Shown here one piece after another: positions 63,991 through 64,000 of a stretch of DNA of 64,000 bases. Position numbers and translations under genes: made by a program. The notes under the pieces were generated by a model. The model was not told the DNA's origin. It saw only the letters and a list, made by a program, of their open reading frames with translations, and made no database searches. This DNA is from Heptranchias perlo (Eukaryota). The DNA is taken from the NCBI RefSeq assembly GCF_035084215.1, contig NC_090362.1:12710001-12774000 (forward strand), written 5' to 3'. Numbering within the stretch: the stretch's first letter is position 1; the number at the start of each line of letters is the position of its first letter.

Positions 63991-64000
63991 ATGATGTGTG

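Overview
Eukaryotic, vertebrate genomic DNA, most likely from a cartilaginous fish (shark), judged from its repeats: CR1/HER1-type LINEs, Deu-domain SINEs, Penelope-like termini and a 67-bp shark-type minisatellite. Three genes are present. MYO9A (minus strand) has a putative non-coding exon 1 in the CpG island at ~41.6-41.85 kb, a ~37.6-kb intron 1 and coding exon 2 at 3000-3842. SENP8/NEDP1 (plus strand, head-to-head with MYO9A) has a single coding exon at 45861-46496. IQGAP1 (plus strand) has coding exons 1 and 2 at 52660-52714 and 60484-60583, both missed by the ORF track. The rest is intronic or intergenic and rich in retroelements. There is no prokaryotic system or CRISPR array. The most interesting signals are: (i) tandem repeats just inside the first intron of each gene, each multiplying a transcription-factor motif (MRE; PBX-PREP/MEIS decamer plus GC box; K50-homeodomain GGATTA), with two of them flanking the bidirectional promoter; (ii) Penelope-like termini, two with degenerate minimal hammerhead ribozyme cores and two with clear target-site duplications; (iii) about 20 copies of an AmnSINE2-like element; (iv) a uORF-dense MYO9A leader; (v) a SENP8-IQGAP1 adjacency that differs from human gene order. 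Family names and human comparisons are from memory, not from searches. Repeat boundaries are approximate.
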